Assembly: GCA_041571435.1 (NCBI GenBank)
Contig: JBFFUI010000036.1
Span: 1 to 24,286 of the forward strand
Length of the DNA stretch: 24,286 nt
Direction of reading: 5' to 3'
From: Sulfurimonadaceae bacterium
Lineage (GTDB): Bacteria > Campylobacterota > Campylobacteria > Campylobacterales > Sulfurimonadaceae
Positions within the stretch are counted from its first letter, which is position 1; the number at the start of each line of letters is the position of its first letter. The notes beneath the pieces are model-generated. The model saw only the letters and a program-made list of their open reading frames with translations, was not told where the DNA came from and did no database searches. Positions 1 to 7,979 of this stretch are shown piece after piece. A program made the translations under genes and the position numbers.

Positions 1-915
1 CGCCTCTTCCTGCACCCCGCCGCTGTCGGTGATGATGAAGCAGGACTTGTCCATCATGTAGATGAACTGCTCATACTGCAGCGGCTCTATGAGATAGACA
101 TTATCAATGTCGCTCAGAAGCGCTTTGACCGGTTTCTGGACGTTGGGGTTAAGGTGCACCGGGTAGACGATGTCAATCTCCGGGTTACTCAGCGCGATCG
201 CTTTAAGCGCCGTGCAGATGTTGATGAACCCCTGCCCGTGGCTCTCCCTGCGGTGGCCCGTGACAAGAATGATCTTTTTATCGTCCTGGATGCTGTAGTT
301 CAGCGTAGCGAGGTGGTCGATGATCTCTGTTTCAAGCTGCTTGTCGGACTTGATCTTCTCCAAGGCTAAAAAGAGCGCATCGATGACCGTGTTTCCGGTC
401 ACATGAATGCTTCGTGCATTGACGTTCTCGCGCAGAAGGTTCGCTCTGCTGGTCTCGGTCGGCGCAAAGTGGTAGGCGGTGATCTGCGTCGTCAACTGAC
501 GGTTCGCCTCTTCCGGCCAAGGCGAGTAGATGTCGCCTGTTCTAAGACCCGCTTCAATATGCGCAACGCGGATCTGCTGGTAGAACGCCGCCAGCGACGC
601 CGCAAAAGTCGTCGAGGTGTCGCCGTGGACAAAGACGACATCCGGTTTAAAATCACTCAATACCGGCTTCATGCCTAAAAGGACGTTGGCGGTGACGTCG
701 TAGAGGTCCTGTCCCGGCTTCATGATGTCAAGGTCATAGTCCGGCACGATCTCGAAAAGCTCGAGCACCTGGTCGAGCATCTCTCTGTGCTGGGCCGTAA
801 CGCACACTTTGGTCTCAAAAAGGTCCGCATGGCGCTGAAACGCTTTGACGAGCGGTGCCATCTTGATGGCCTCGGGGCGGGTACCGAAGACGATCATGAC
901 CTTGCGGCACGTCAC
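1..915 (-). CDS. wecB: UDP-N-acetylglucosamine 2-epimerase (non-hydrolysing), 3' end runs off the window
   Basis: Not in the ORF track because there is no stop in the window. Manual translation from GTG at 915 (AGGGGT RBS upstream) gives [24 protein letters not shown] at the start and [11 protein letters not shown] at the window edge; GTRPE and DSGGxQEEA are WecB signature motifs. Confidence 0.95.
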   Translation of the reverse strand, partial: MTCRKVMIVFGTRPEAIKMAPLVKAFQRHADLFETKVCVTAQHREMLDQVLELFEIVPDYDLDIMKPGQDLYDVTANVLLGMKPVLSDFKPDVVFVHGDTSTTFAASLAAFYQQIRVAHIEAGLRTGDIYSPWPEEANRQLTTQITAYHFAPTETSRANLLRENVNARSIHVTGNTVIDALFLALEKIKSDKQLETEIIDHLATLNYSIQDDKKIILVTGHRRESHGQGFINICTALKAIALSNPEIDIVYPVHLNPNVQKPVKALLSDIDNVYLIEPLQYEQFIYMMDKSCFIITDSGGVQEEA

Positions 916-1161
916 TTGCGGACCCCTGTTCTTCTGCTGTCGCTGATTACTGTCAAAACCAAGACCACCCTCTCTCTGTTACCGAATCGTACATCGGCAG
1001 TTATAATACGCGATTATAGCCACTGGACGATTAAAACTACATTCGGATTAAACAGGAGAGAACACAAAAGATACGGAAATATGAAAATGAGCCGTCCGGA
1101 TGACGCAGCAATTGAAAGGGCAAAAAGTAAACAAAAACACTCGATTCGCCAACGGTTTTTA

Positions 1162-1170
1162 TGGTATAAT
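1162..1170 (+). promoter_or_regulatory. Extended -10 promoter (TGGTATAAT) for ssrA
   Basis: Perfect TGnTATAAT 38 nt upstream of the mature tmRNA 5' end. Confidence 0.7.
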
Positions 1171-1208
1171 TCCACCATGTAATTTGTACCATCTAACCAT
1201 AATGATCT

Positions 1209-1587
1209 GGGGACGACTTGGCTTCGACAGGAGTAGTTCGGGATCTGGTTGCATGCCCGGCTGAGCATCCGGTTACACGGCTCAACTTGCTTAAACGCAA
1301 ACAACACAAATTACCGCCCAGCTTACGCAGTAGCATAAGTCTTTAACCCCGGCCTTACGGTCGGCGGGCTGCTTCACCTGATGACTCTGGATAGTCAGGG
1401 TTCGAAGTATAACCCTCATGCAGATATATTTTGCGTCTGTCTCAGCGCAAAACGAACCTTTGAGGCTCGTCAGCCCTAACCTTGCACGTTGTGTGAAAGC
1501 TGATTAAACCAAACAACGTCTCTAAGCATGTAGACGCCTTTTTCTAGCTATTTTTGGACTGGGGTTCGATCCCCCACGTCTCCACCA
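1209..1587 (+). ncRNA. ssrA: tmRNA (transfer-messenger RNA)
   Basis: 5' GGGGACGACTTGGCTTCGAC; 3' T-arm GGGGTTCGATCCCC followed by CGTCTCC-A-CCA. The acceptor stem GGGGACG/CGTCTCC has the G3-U alanine identity pair, and an internal tag ORF is present. Confidence 0.97.
1297..1338 (+). other. tmRNA proteolysis tag reading frame ANNTNYRPAYAVA*
   Basis: Resume codon GCA after TTAAAC; the hydrophobic YAVA C-terminus and ANN...PAYA pattern resemble Campylobacterota tags. Confidence 0.9.
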
Positions 1588-1739
1588 ATCAACAATTCAA
1601 CCACAAAACAATCTACAGTTCAAATCACCCGTTCAAAACGACACATACACGTTTTCTGCCGCAGCAGCCCTACAGGCTTGTTATAGTGTCAAGAGAGAGG
1701 CCTGTGTCAGACGAGTGGAGGTTCGGCAGATCGCTCTGC

Positions 1740-2645
1740 CTACAGTTTTGTACCGAAATATGGCCGCGAATATGGCGCGACGTAGCTGTCCGAATCGAAG
1801 TCATACCCGAACGGTACGTAGGTGTATGGCACCTGGTAGTAGTTAAACACTTTGGAGGTCTTCTCCCATCCTGTCGCGCGTACGATCTCGGCGATGCTGA
1901 TACCGAACGCCGCGTAGAGGATGCGCTCTTTTTGCGCATACGCTTCATGGTTCTGATAGCCGCGTGTGTAGTAACCGACTTGGAACTCGCCGTACTTCAT
2001 GAAGTTGTGTCTCATGCTCTCAAAACCGCTGAACTTCAGTGCAAAGACATATTTCATGGAGTTGTACTGCGTAAAGAAGTCCGCTCCCGAATCAAAGTTT
2101 GGCGCATACTCCACACGCATGTCCAGTTTGTTTTTGAGGCTCGGGTAGGTCTCACGGGCATAGTAAAATAGTGAGCCGAGCGTGTTCATGAGCATGTCTT
2201 CGTAGGAGAAACCCTCCGTCTTGCTGAACGAGTCCCCCACTTCCATGATCGCCTGGAAGGTCCATGAGGTCAATGAACCGTAGATAGCTGCTTCGTCACT
2301 CTCCATACCCCAGGACTCATACAGCGAGCCGAAACCCAGTGACCAGAGGTAGGTCGAGTACATATGGCCCAGTTTGTCCGCACCGCCGTACTTGGTGTCG
2401 CCTTCAAACCACCCCTCGTTGTTTGTCCGCATGCCAATGCTGAAGTAGTCCCAGAAGGCGACACCCCAGAGTGTCACCACACCGGCACCAATAAGGTTGG
2501 TGTAGAGGACCCTGTCCATCAGCTCGTCGTGCGTCAGTGCTGTCTCTTGTTCGGGTTGTGACAGCTTCTGTTCAAGCGTCGTTGTCTCGATCTCGCTGGC
2601 GATCAGGGAGACTGAGATCAGCAGTGTGACAATAAAAGCTCTCAT
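1740..2645 (-). CDS. Exported DUF2279/YfiM-like protein
   Basis: 301 aa with an N-terminal signal peptide and ADKLGHMYSTY, EVGDSFSKTEGFSYEDMLMNTLG motifs typical of DUF2279. The start overlaps the trpA stop (ATGA). Confidence 0.7.
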   Translation of the reverse strand: MRAFIVTLLISVSLIASEIETTTLEQKLSQPEQETALTHDELMDRVLYTNLIGAGVVTLWGVAFWDYFSIGMRTNNEGWFEGDTKYGGADKLGHMYSTYLWSLGFGSLYESWGMESDEAAIYGSLTSWTFQAIMEVGDSFSKTEGFSYEDMLMNTLGSLFYYARETYPSLKNKLDMRVEYAPNFDSGADFFTQYNSMKYVFALKFSGFESMRHNFMKYGEFQVGYYTRGYQNHEAYAQKERILYAAFGISIAEIVRATGWEKTSKVFNYYQVPYTYVPFGYDFDSDSYVAPYSRPYFGTKL

Positions 2646-3382
2646 TCGTTGATCTTCGCTTTGATCTCGTCAGCAACGGCAGAACAGCGTTTGATCTTCT
2701 CTGTCAGGGAAATATCGTCCTGAAGCAAGATGTTGACAAAGGCCGAACCGACGATGACACCGTCTGCACCAAGCACCTTCTCTTTGGCCGTCTTCTCATT
2801 CACACCGAAACCGACATAGACCGGTGTTTGCGTGTAGTTTTTGATGGAGGTGATGATGGGCTGCAGGTCTTCGCTCTGGCCGCTGCCGGTGATCCCGGCA
2901 TACGCGACCAGGTAGATGAACTTCTTCGCATCGGAGACAACCTCTTTGACACGGGCATCGCTGTCCGTCGGTGCGACAAAACAGATGTTACTGACACCAT
3001 AGTCATCGAACAGGTTTTGATACGGCAGCGCCTCTTCGTGCGGCAGGTCGGGGATGATCATACCGCTGACGCCGATCTCGTTTGCTTTTTTCAGAAGCGC
3101 TTCCATACCGTACTGGTAAAACGGGTTGAAATATCCCATCCACAGCGTGTCGACTTTCGGTGCGATCTGTTCGGAAAGTTCCAGGACATCGCTGAAGCGA
3201 AGTCCTTTTTCGAGTGCCAGGAAGTTGGCTTTTTCGATCACGGGACCGTCGGCTACCGGGTCAGAAAAAGGGACGCCCAGCTCCAGTGAGTCGACCCCGC
3301 TCTCGCCTAAGGCAAGGGCAAGGTCGACGGTAAATGCTTTTTCGGGAAAACCCGTCGTAATATACGCTACAAGATGTTTCAA
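2642..3382 (-). CDS. trpA: Tryptophan synthase alpha chain
   Basis: LELGVPFSDPVADGPVI, IIPDLP, VGFGV and DGVIVGSA motifs. The real start is probably TTG at 3382 (GGAG RBS 5 nt upstream), giving 246 aa; the ORF-track extension to 3667 overlaps panB. Confidence 0.95.
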   Translation of the reverse strand: MKHLVAYITTGFPEKAFTVDLALALGESGVDSLELGVPFSDPVADGPVIEKANFLALEKGLRFSDVLELSEQIAPKVDTLWMGYFNPFYQYGMEALLKKANEIGVSGMIIPDLPHEEALPYQNLFDDYGVSNICFVAPTDSDARVKEVVSDAKKFIYLVAYAGITGSGQSEDLQPIITSIKNYTQTPVYVGFGVNEKTAKEKVLGADGVIVGSAFVNILLQDDISLTEKIKRCSAVADEIKAKINE

Positions 3383-3431
3383 ACTGTCTCCAAACTGGGG
3401 ATATAAAGTAGAATTGCCATATTTAGACGGA

Positions 3432-3454
3432 ATTGTACCACTTTTGGGTAAAAT
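3432..3454. promoter_or_regulatory. Back-to-back -10 elements for divergent trpA (TGgTACAAT, minus 3440-3432) and panB (TAAAAT, plus 3449-3454)
   Basis: Near-consensus hexamers in the ~100-bp AT-rich divergent spacer. Confidence 0.5.
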
Positions 3455-3485
3455 CACGTAATTTAGATACCTACAAGATGAGAAC

Positions 3486-4280
3486 ATGATGAACACAAAA
3501 CTCTCTATCACGAAAATACAAAAAGCCAAAGGTGAACGTCCGCTGACGATGATCACGGCATATGATGCGCTCTTTGCAAGACTTTTCGACCCCATTGCCG
3601 ACATCATCCTCGTCGGCGACAGCCTCAATATGAGTTTCGGCGGTAAGAAAGATACCCTCAGTGCCACACTGGATCAGATGATCTACCATACCCAGGCGGT
3701 CTGTAACGGTGCAGAGAACTCCTTTGTCATCGCAGACATGCCTTTTGGTACCTACACCAACGCCGACAAAGCGCTGGAGAATGCCACTCGCGTCTTTCAG
3801 GAGTCCCTTGCCGATGCGGTAAAGATCGAAGGGGGCGAGGAGAAGGCGCCGATCGTCAAACATCTTGTCGACAACGGCATCGCCGTCTGCGGCCACATCG
3901 GCCTGCTGCCGCAGTCGGTGCGCGGTGAAGGCGGCTACAAGGTCAAAGGCAAGAGCGAAGAGGAGGCCAAAGCACTGATCACCGATGCACTGGCCATCGA
4001 AAAAGCCGGGGCCTTCTGTATCGTGATCGAAGGGGTGAAAGCCGAGGTCGCGATGCACGTCGCCAAAGCCGTCAAAGTTCCGGTCATCGGGATCGGTGCC
4101 GGCAGCAGTGTTGACGGACAGGTCCTTGTCTTCTCCGACATGCTGGGGCTTTTCGAACCCTTTACACCCAAGTTCGTCAAGAAGTATCTTGACGGTGCCG
4201 CGCTGGTCAAAGAGGCGGTGCAGACCTATAAAGATGACGTCGAGGCGCGCCGGTTCCCCGATGAGATCCACACCTATTGA
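3486..4280 (+). CDS. panB: 3-methyl-2-oxobutanoate hydroxymethyltransferase
   Basis: MITAYDA, ILVGDSL, ADMPFG, AVKIEGG, GHIGLLPQ and IGIGAG motifs. Start at 3486 or 3489. Confidence 0.97.
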   Translation: MMNTKLSITKIQKAKGERPLTMITAYDALFARLFDPIADIILVGDSLNMSFGGKKDTLSATLDQMIYHTQAVCNGAENSFVIADMPFGTYTNADKALENATRVFQESLADAVKIEGGEEKAPIVKHLVDNGIAVCGHIGLLPQSVRGEGGYKVKGKSEEEAKALITDALAIEKAGAFCIVIEGVKAEVAMHVAKAVKVPVIGIGAGSSVDGQVLVFSDMLGLFEPFTPKFVKKYLDGAALVKEAVQTYKDDVEARRFPDEIHTY

Positions 4281-4293
4281 AAGTGCCGGTTGA

Positions 4294-5310
4294 ATGGAAC
4301 GTATAGTCGAGATCGAACAATTTGACGCCGAAGAGGTCAGTGAGTCAAAGCTGCGCCCCGATGCATGGAACGAGTACATCGGCCAGGAGCAGATCAAAAA
4401 GAACCTGAGTGTCTTTATCGAGGCGAGCAAGATGCGCGATGAAGCCCTTGATCATACCCTCTTTTACGGTCCTCCCGGTCTGGGCAAGACCACGCTGGCG
4501 CTGATCATCGCCAATGAGATGGGTGCGAGCATCAAGGTGACAGCAGCACCGATGATCGAAAAAAGCGGTGATCTTGCGGCCATCATGACCAACCTTGATG
4601 AGGGGGACATCCTCTTTATCGATGAGATCCACCGTCTCTCCCCTGCGGTCGAAGAGATCCTCTACTCCGCCATGGAGGACTTCCGTCTCGACATCATCAT
4701 CGGCAGCGGCCCCGCCGCACAGACCGTCAAGATCGACCTCCCCCGTTTTACGCTCATCGGCGCGACGACCCGTGCCGGGATGCTCTCCAACCCGCTGCGT
4801 GACCGTTTCGGTATGAGTTTTCGTATGAACTTCTACTCGCCTGAAGAGCTGGCGAAGATCGTCACACAGGCCTCGGAGAAACTGGACAAAGCGATCATCA
4901 AAGAGGCGGCGCTGGAGATCGCGAAACGTTCACGGGGAACGCCGCGTATCGCCCTGAGACTGCTGCGCCGCGTGCGTGACTTTGCCGATGTCGCCAACGA
5001 GCCAAAGATCCTGCACGAGCGGACAAGTTTCGCCCTCGAACAGCTCGGCATCAATAACTACGGTTTTGATGAGATGGACATCCGTCTTTTGGAGTACCTG
5101 ATGCAGGCCAAAGGACGGCCGATGGGGCTCAGTACCATCGCCGCCGCGCTCAGTGAGGACGAAGGGACGGTCGAGGATGTCCTCGAGCCCTACCTCCTTG
5201 CCAACGGCTACCTGGAACGTACGGCACGCGGACGTGTCGCGACGCAGAAGAGTTACGAGGTCCTGAAGTTCAAGGCGCCCCAAGAGCAGAACACGCTCTT
5301 TGACGACTAG
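4294..5310 (+). CDS. ruvB: Holliday junction branch migration helicase RuvB
   Basis: LRP..EYIGQ, Walker [10 protein letters not shown], Walker [23 protein letters not shown] and RGTPRIA motifs. Confidence 0.98.
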   Translation: MERIVEIEQFDAEEVSESKLRPDAWNEYIGQEQIKKNLSVFIEASKMRDEALDHTLFYGPPGLGKTTLALIIANEMGASIKVTAAPMIEKSGDLAAIMTNLDEGDILFIDEIHRLSPAVEEILYSAMEDFRLDIIIGSGPAAQTVKIDLPRFTLIGATTRAGMLSNPLRDRFGMSFRMNFYSPEELAKIVTQASEKLDKAIIKEAALEIAKRSRGTPRIALRLLRRVRDFADVANEPKILHERTSFALEQLGINNYGFDEMDIRLLEYLMQAKGRPMGLSTIAAALSEDEGTVEDVLEPYLLANGYLERTARGRVATQKSYEVLKFKAPQEQNTLFDD

Positions 5311-5319
5311 GGGCGGCCG

Positions 5320-6360
5320 ATGAAACCGCAGTACATCATACTGACACTACTGGCCATCTCGCTCTACTGGATGTACCTTCTCTACTACCCTTTTTTGCTC
5401 TCCATCATGATCGCCTCGCTTCTGGCGATCTCCACCGCATCGGCACAGCGTCGTCTGGTCCAAAAGAGCGGTTCCGTCCTGATCGCATCGCTCATCTCGA
5501 CCGTGACCCTTGCCGTTCTCTTTTTTGTACCGCTGGGGTACTTTTTGACGACGTTTACGATCTACCTGAGCAACATCGACCTCGTCAGCATCGAAAAGGT
5601 CTATGTCAAAATGATGGACTGGGCACAGCATCTGCCGCACTATCTGCAATTTGCCCAGCCCTTCATAGAAGACGGACTGCGTGAACTCGAGATCAAGGAG
5701 CTTGCGAAACACACCCTCACCATGGCCGGGACCATCGGCAGCTACAGTGCCAACTTTCTTAAAAATGCCCTCTTGATCATCATCTTCTATTTCTTTTCGC
5801 ATTTTTACGGCAAAACGATCTTTGATTATCTCAAATCTGTCATCCAGCTGCCGCAGCAGGATGCGACACTCCTGAGCTTTGAGCTCTCCTCAATGATGAG
5901 CGTCGTCTTCTACTCCATTTTGACCACCGCTCTCTTTGAAGGAGCCCTCTTTGGCATTGCGGTTGCCTTTATGGGGTACAACGGTCTTCTTTTCGGCATA
6001 CTCTACGGGTTTGCTTCGCTGCTGCCGGTCGTCGGCGGGGCGCTGCTGTGGCTGCCGTTCATGATCTTCGAGCTCTCCATGGGCCACACGGGCAGTGCGA
6101 TCTTCATCGCACTCTACTCCATCATCGTCATCTCGATCATTGCCGATACCTTCATCAAGCCGGTCATCATCAAAGAGATCAACTTCCGTATCGTCAAGTC
6201 GGAGGGGCAGAAAAACGAGCTGCTGATCTTCTTCTCTATCGTCGCGGGGCTTGGGGCATTCGGCTTTTGGGGGATGATACTCGGACCGGCCATCACGGCC
6301 TTCTTCCTGGCGCTGCTCAAGCTTATCGAGCAGCACCAGAAACTGGTGAATGAAGCGTAG
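5320..6360 (+). CDS. AI-2E (PerM/TqsA) family transporter
   Basis: 346-aa polytopic membrane protein with LLPVVGGALLWLP and GFWGMILGP motifs. It sits downstream of ruvB, like amaA in Campylobacter. Confidence 0.88.
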   Translation: MKPQYIILTLLAISLYWMYLLYYPFLLSIMIASLLAISTASAQRRLVQKSGSVLIASLISTVTLAVLFFVPLGYFLTTFTIYLSNIDLVSIEKVYVKMMDWAQHLPHYLQFAQPFIEDGLRELEIKELAKHTLTMAGTIGSYSANFLKNALLIIIFYFFSHFYGKTIFDYLKSVIQLPQQDATLLSFELSSMMSVVFYSILTTALFEGALFGIAVAFMGYNGLLFGILYGFASLLPVVGGALLWLPFMIFELSMGHTGSAIFIALYSIIVISIIADTFIKPVIIKEINFRIVKSEGQKNELLIFFSIVAGLGAFGFWGMILGPAITAFFLALLKLIEQHQKLVNEA

Positions 6361-6413
6361 TTTTTTTAATTGAATTAGCATCATTTGTCTACATAGATGA
6401 GTTTTATTGAATT

Positions 6414-6655
6414 CTCTCATACTTTTTTTTGCCGCAAAAAAAGTACACAAAAAAGCTCTCGTGACGGCTTCGAGCCCGATGGCTATCGGGTACCTTCCTT
6501 CCGCTCGCTTTGTTCCTAAAAATCCCTAACTCGCCTACGGCTCAAACAGAGTGATTTTCTTAACGGAACTCCGCTCACTCCACTCAGCTCTGCAGATGCC
6601 ACGACAAGAGCCAAGCGGTGACGCATCTATTTGAATTTAAAAGCTTTCGCTTTTA
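6414..6655. repeat. Structured intergenic repeat element, copy 1
   Basis: Shares 23-bp (6450-6472), 15-bp (6590-6604), 9-bp (6540-6548) and 13/14-bp (6613-6626) blocks with the reverse complement of 6770-7004, and has the same series of hairpins. Boundaries are approximate. Confidence 0.85.
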
Positions 6656-6769
6656 TGAGGCTGTTGTGAACTCTCGCATTTTTCAGTCTGTACTAGGTTA
6701 CTTGGTGTGTATTTTTTGCATTTGTGCGGTTCCAGCATGAACTGTTTTAGAAGTATATATAAATGGGGA

Positions 6770-7004
6770 TTAAAGCAGTTGCTTTAACATTTTATAATGC
6801 GTTACCGCTTAATAAATTCGTGGCATCTGCAGCGTTGACTGTAAGGAGAGAAAAAGCATCAAAAAACGGCATTGTTTGAGCGTAGCGAGTTTTGTCGTTT
6901 TTAGCGAAGGAACGACTGAAAGGAAAGTAGTCGGTAGCCACCGACCGCGAAGCCGTCACGAGAGCTTTTTCGTTTCCTTTTTGGCGGAACAAAAAGGAAA
7001 GAGA
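6770..7004. repeat. Structured intergenic repeat element, copy 2 (inverted relative to copy 1)
   Basis: Matching blocks at 6948-6970, 6818-6832, 6873-6881 and 6797-6810; hairpins at 6770-6787, 6862-6902, 6930-6945 and 6973-7000. Boundaries are approximate. Confidence 0.85.
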
Positions 7005-7073
7005 CGTCGCAAGAAATAAGAGTTGAGCCCATTAAACGCACCGAAAGCAAGGAAGATAATCCCACGAAAAAGC

Positions 7074-7901
7074 CTACGCCTTTTTAACAAGCCTCTTATT
7101 AAAATAGACCCACAGCACGACCGCCGCCACCATCATCATCGCACTGAGCATCTGTCCCATCGTCAGCCATCCGCCAAAGAGAAAACCGAGCTGCACATCG
7201 GGTTGGCGCCAGAACTCTGCGACAAAGCGCATCGCACCGTAGGTAAAACCGTAGAGGAGGATCAGTTCGCCGTTGAAGCGTTTGTAGTTACGGTAAAGAT
7301 AGATCACCGCAAAGACGACGAGCCCCTCCAGGAGCGCTTCGTAGAGCTGGGAGGGGTGGCGCAGCACACCGTCGACATAGATACCCCACGGAAGGTCCGT
7401 AGCCCGGCCCACGAGCTCCTGGTTCAGGAAGTTGCCGATACGCCCGAATATGTAGCCTATCGGCACGGCGATCGCGACCACGTCCATAAGGGTCCCGTAT
7501 GAGACCTCTTTGTGGCGTTTATGGTAGTAGAGCGAGCCCAGGAACCAGCCGATCACGGCACCGTGGTAGCTCATGCCGCGGATCCCGACAAACTCGCCCT
7601 CCGGGTTGAAAGGGTTGAAGATCTGCCACGGATGGGTCAGGTAGTAGCTCGTATTGGCGTCATAGAAGAGGATGTAGCCCAGACGCGCGCCGAGGATGAT
7701 GCCGACCTCGATATAGATAAAGTAGTCATCCAGCTGGCTCTGTTCAATAGGCATTTTGTCGCGTTTGGCAATGCTTTTGGCGGCAAAAAGCGCACTCAGA
7801 AGTGCCAGCACATACATCATCCCGTACCAGTGTACCGGGAAGGAGAAGATCGTAAACGCGATCGGATTAAAATGCTCGTAGATATGATTCCAGTATTCCA
7901 T
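7074..7901 (-). CDS. lgt: Prolipoprotein diacylglyceryl transferase
   Basis: VHWYGMMY, LGARLGY, GMSYHG, GRIGNFLNQELVGR, HPSQLYE and RFVAEFWRQPD motifs. Start ATG 7901 (alternative TTG 7904). Confidence 0.97.
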   Translation of the reverse strand: MEYWNHIYEHFNPIAFTIFSFPVHWYGMMYVLALLSALFAAKSIAKRDKMPIEQSQLDDYFIYIEVGIILGARLGYILFYDANTSYYLTHPWQIFNPFNPEGEFVGIRGMSYHGAVIGWFLGSLYYHKRHKEVSYGTLMDVVAIAVPIGYIFGRIGNFLNQELVGRATDLPWGIYVDGVLRHPSQLYEALLEGLVVFAVIYLYRNYKRFNGELILLYGFTYGAMRFVAEFWRQPDVQLGFLFGGWLTMGQMLSAMMMVAAVVLWVYFNKRLVKKA

Positions 7902-7979
7902 CAATAAAGGCCCTTATTATAGTCGGAAAAGTATATCCAAATACCCTATCAGAAAGTTTACAAACAACCGCTTCGCGTT

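Noticed and set aside
787-1307. ORFs 787-1182 (+), including a 33-aa ATG-started tail at 1081, and 1014-1307 (-)
   Set aside because: They overlap the wecB start, the ssrA promoter or the tmRNA itself, and show no recognisable protein features.
1560-1740. Possible integrative element at the tmRNA 3' end (a common attB site)
   Set aside because: There is no integrase, and I found no duplicate of the ssrA 3' sequence in the window; the site looks empty.
3383-3667. 95-aa N-terminal extension of TrpA in the ORF track
   Set aside because: It overlaps divergent panB and both promoters; TrpA homology starts at TTG 3382, which has a good RBS.
6637-6738. 33-aa minus-strand ORF (MLEPHKCKKYTPSNLVQTEKCESSQQPHKSESF) and an IS-end-like GAGGCTGTTGTGAAC at 6657 in the spacer between the two repeats
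   Set aside because: No RBS, no partner inverted repeat and no transposase homology. It cannot be supported without an ISfinder or ribosome-profiling check.
6792-6992. 66-aa minus-strand ORF within repeat copy 2
   Set aside because: It lies wholly inside the structured repeat, and the copies differ by indels and compensatory changes, which points to structural rather than coding constraint.
6414-7004. CRISPR array or plain bidirectional terminator as explanation for the intergenic repeats
   Set aside because: There are only two copies, they are inverted and about 240 bp long, with no repeat-spacer periodicity and no cas genes. The homology extends far beyond the terminal hairpins.
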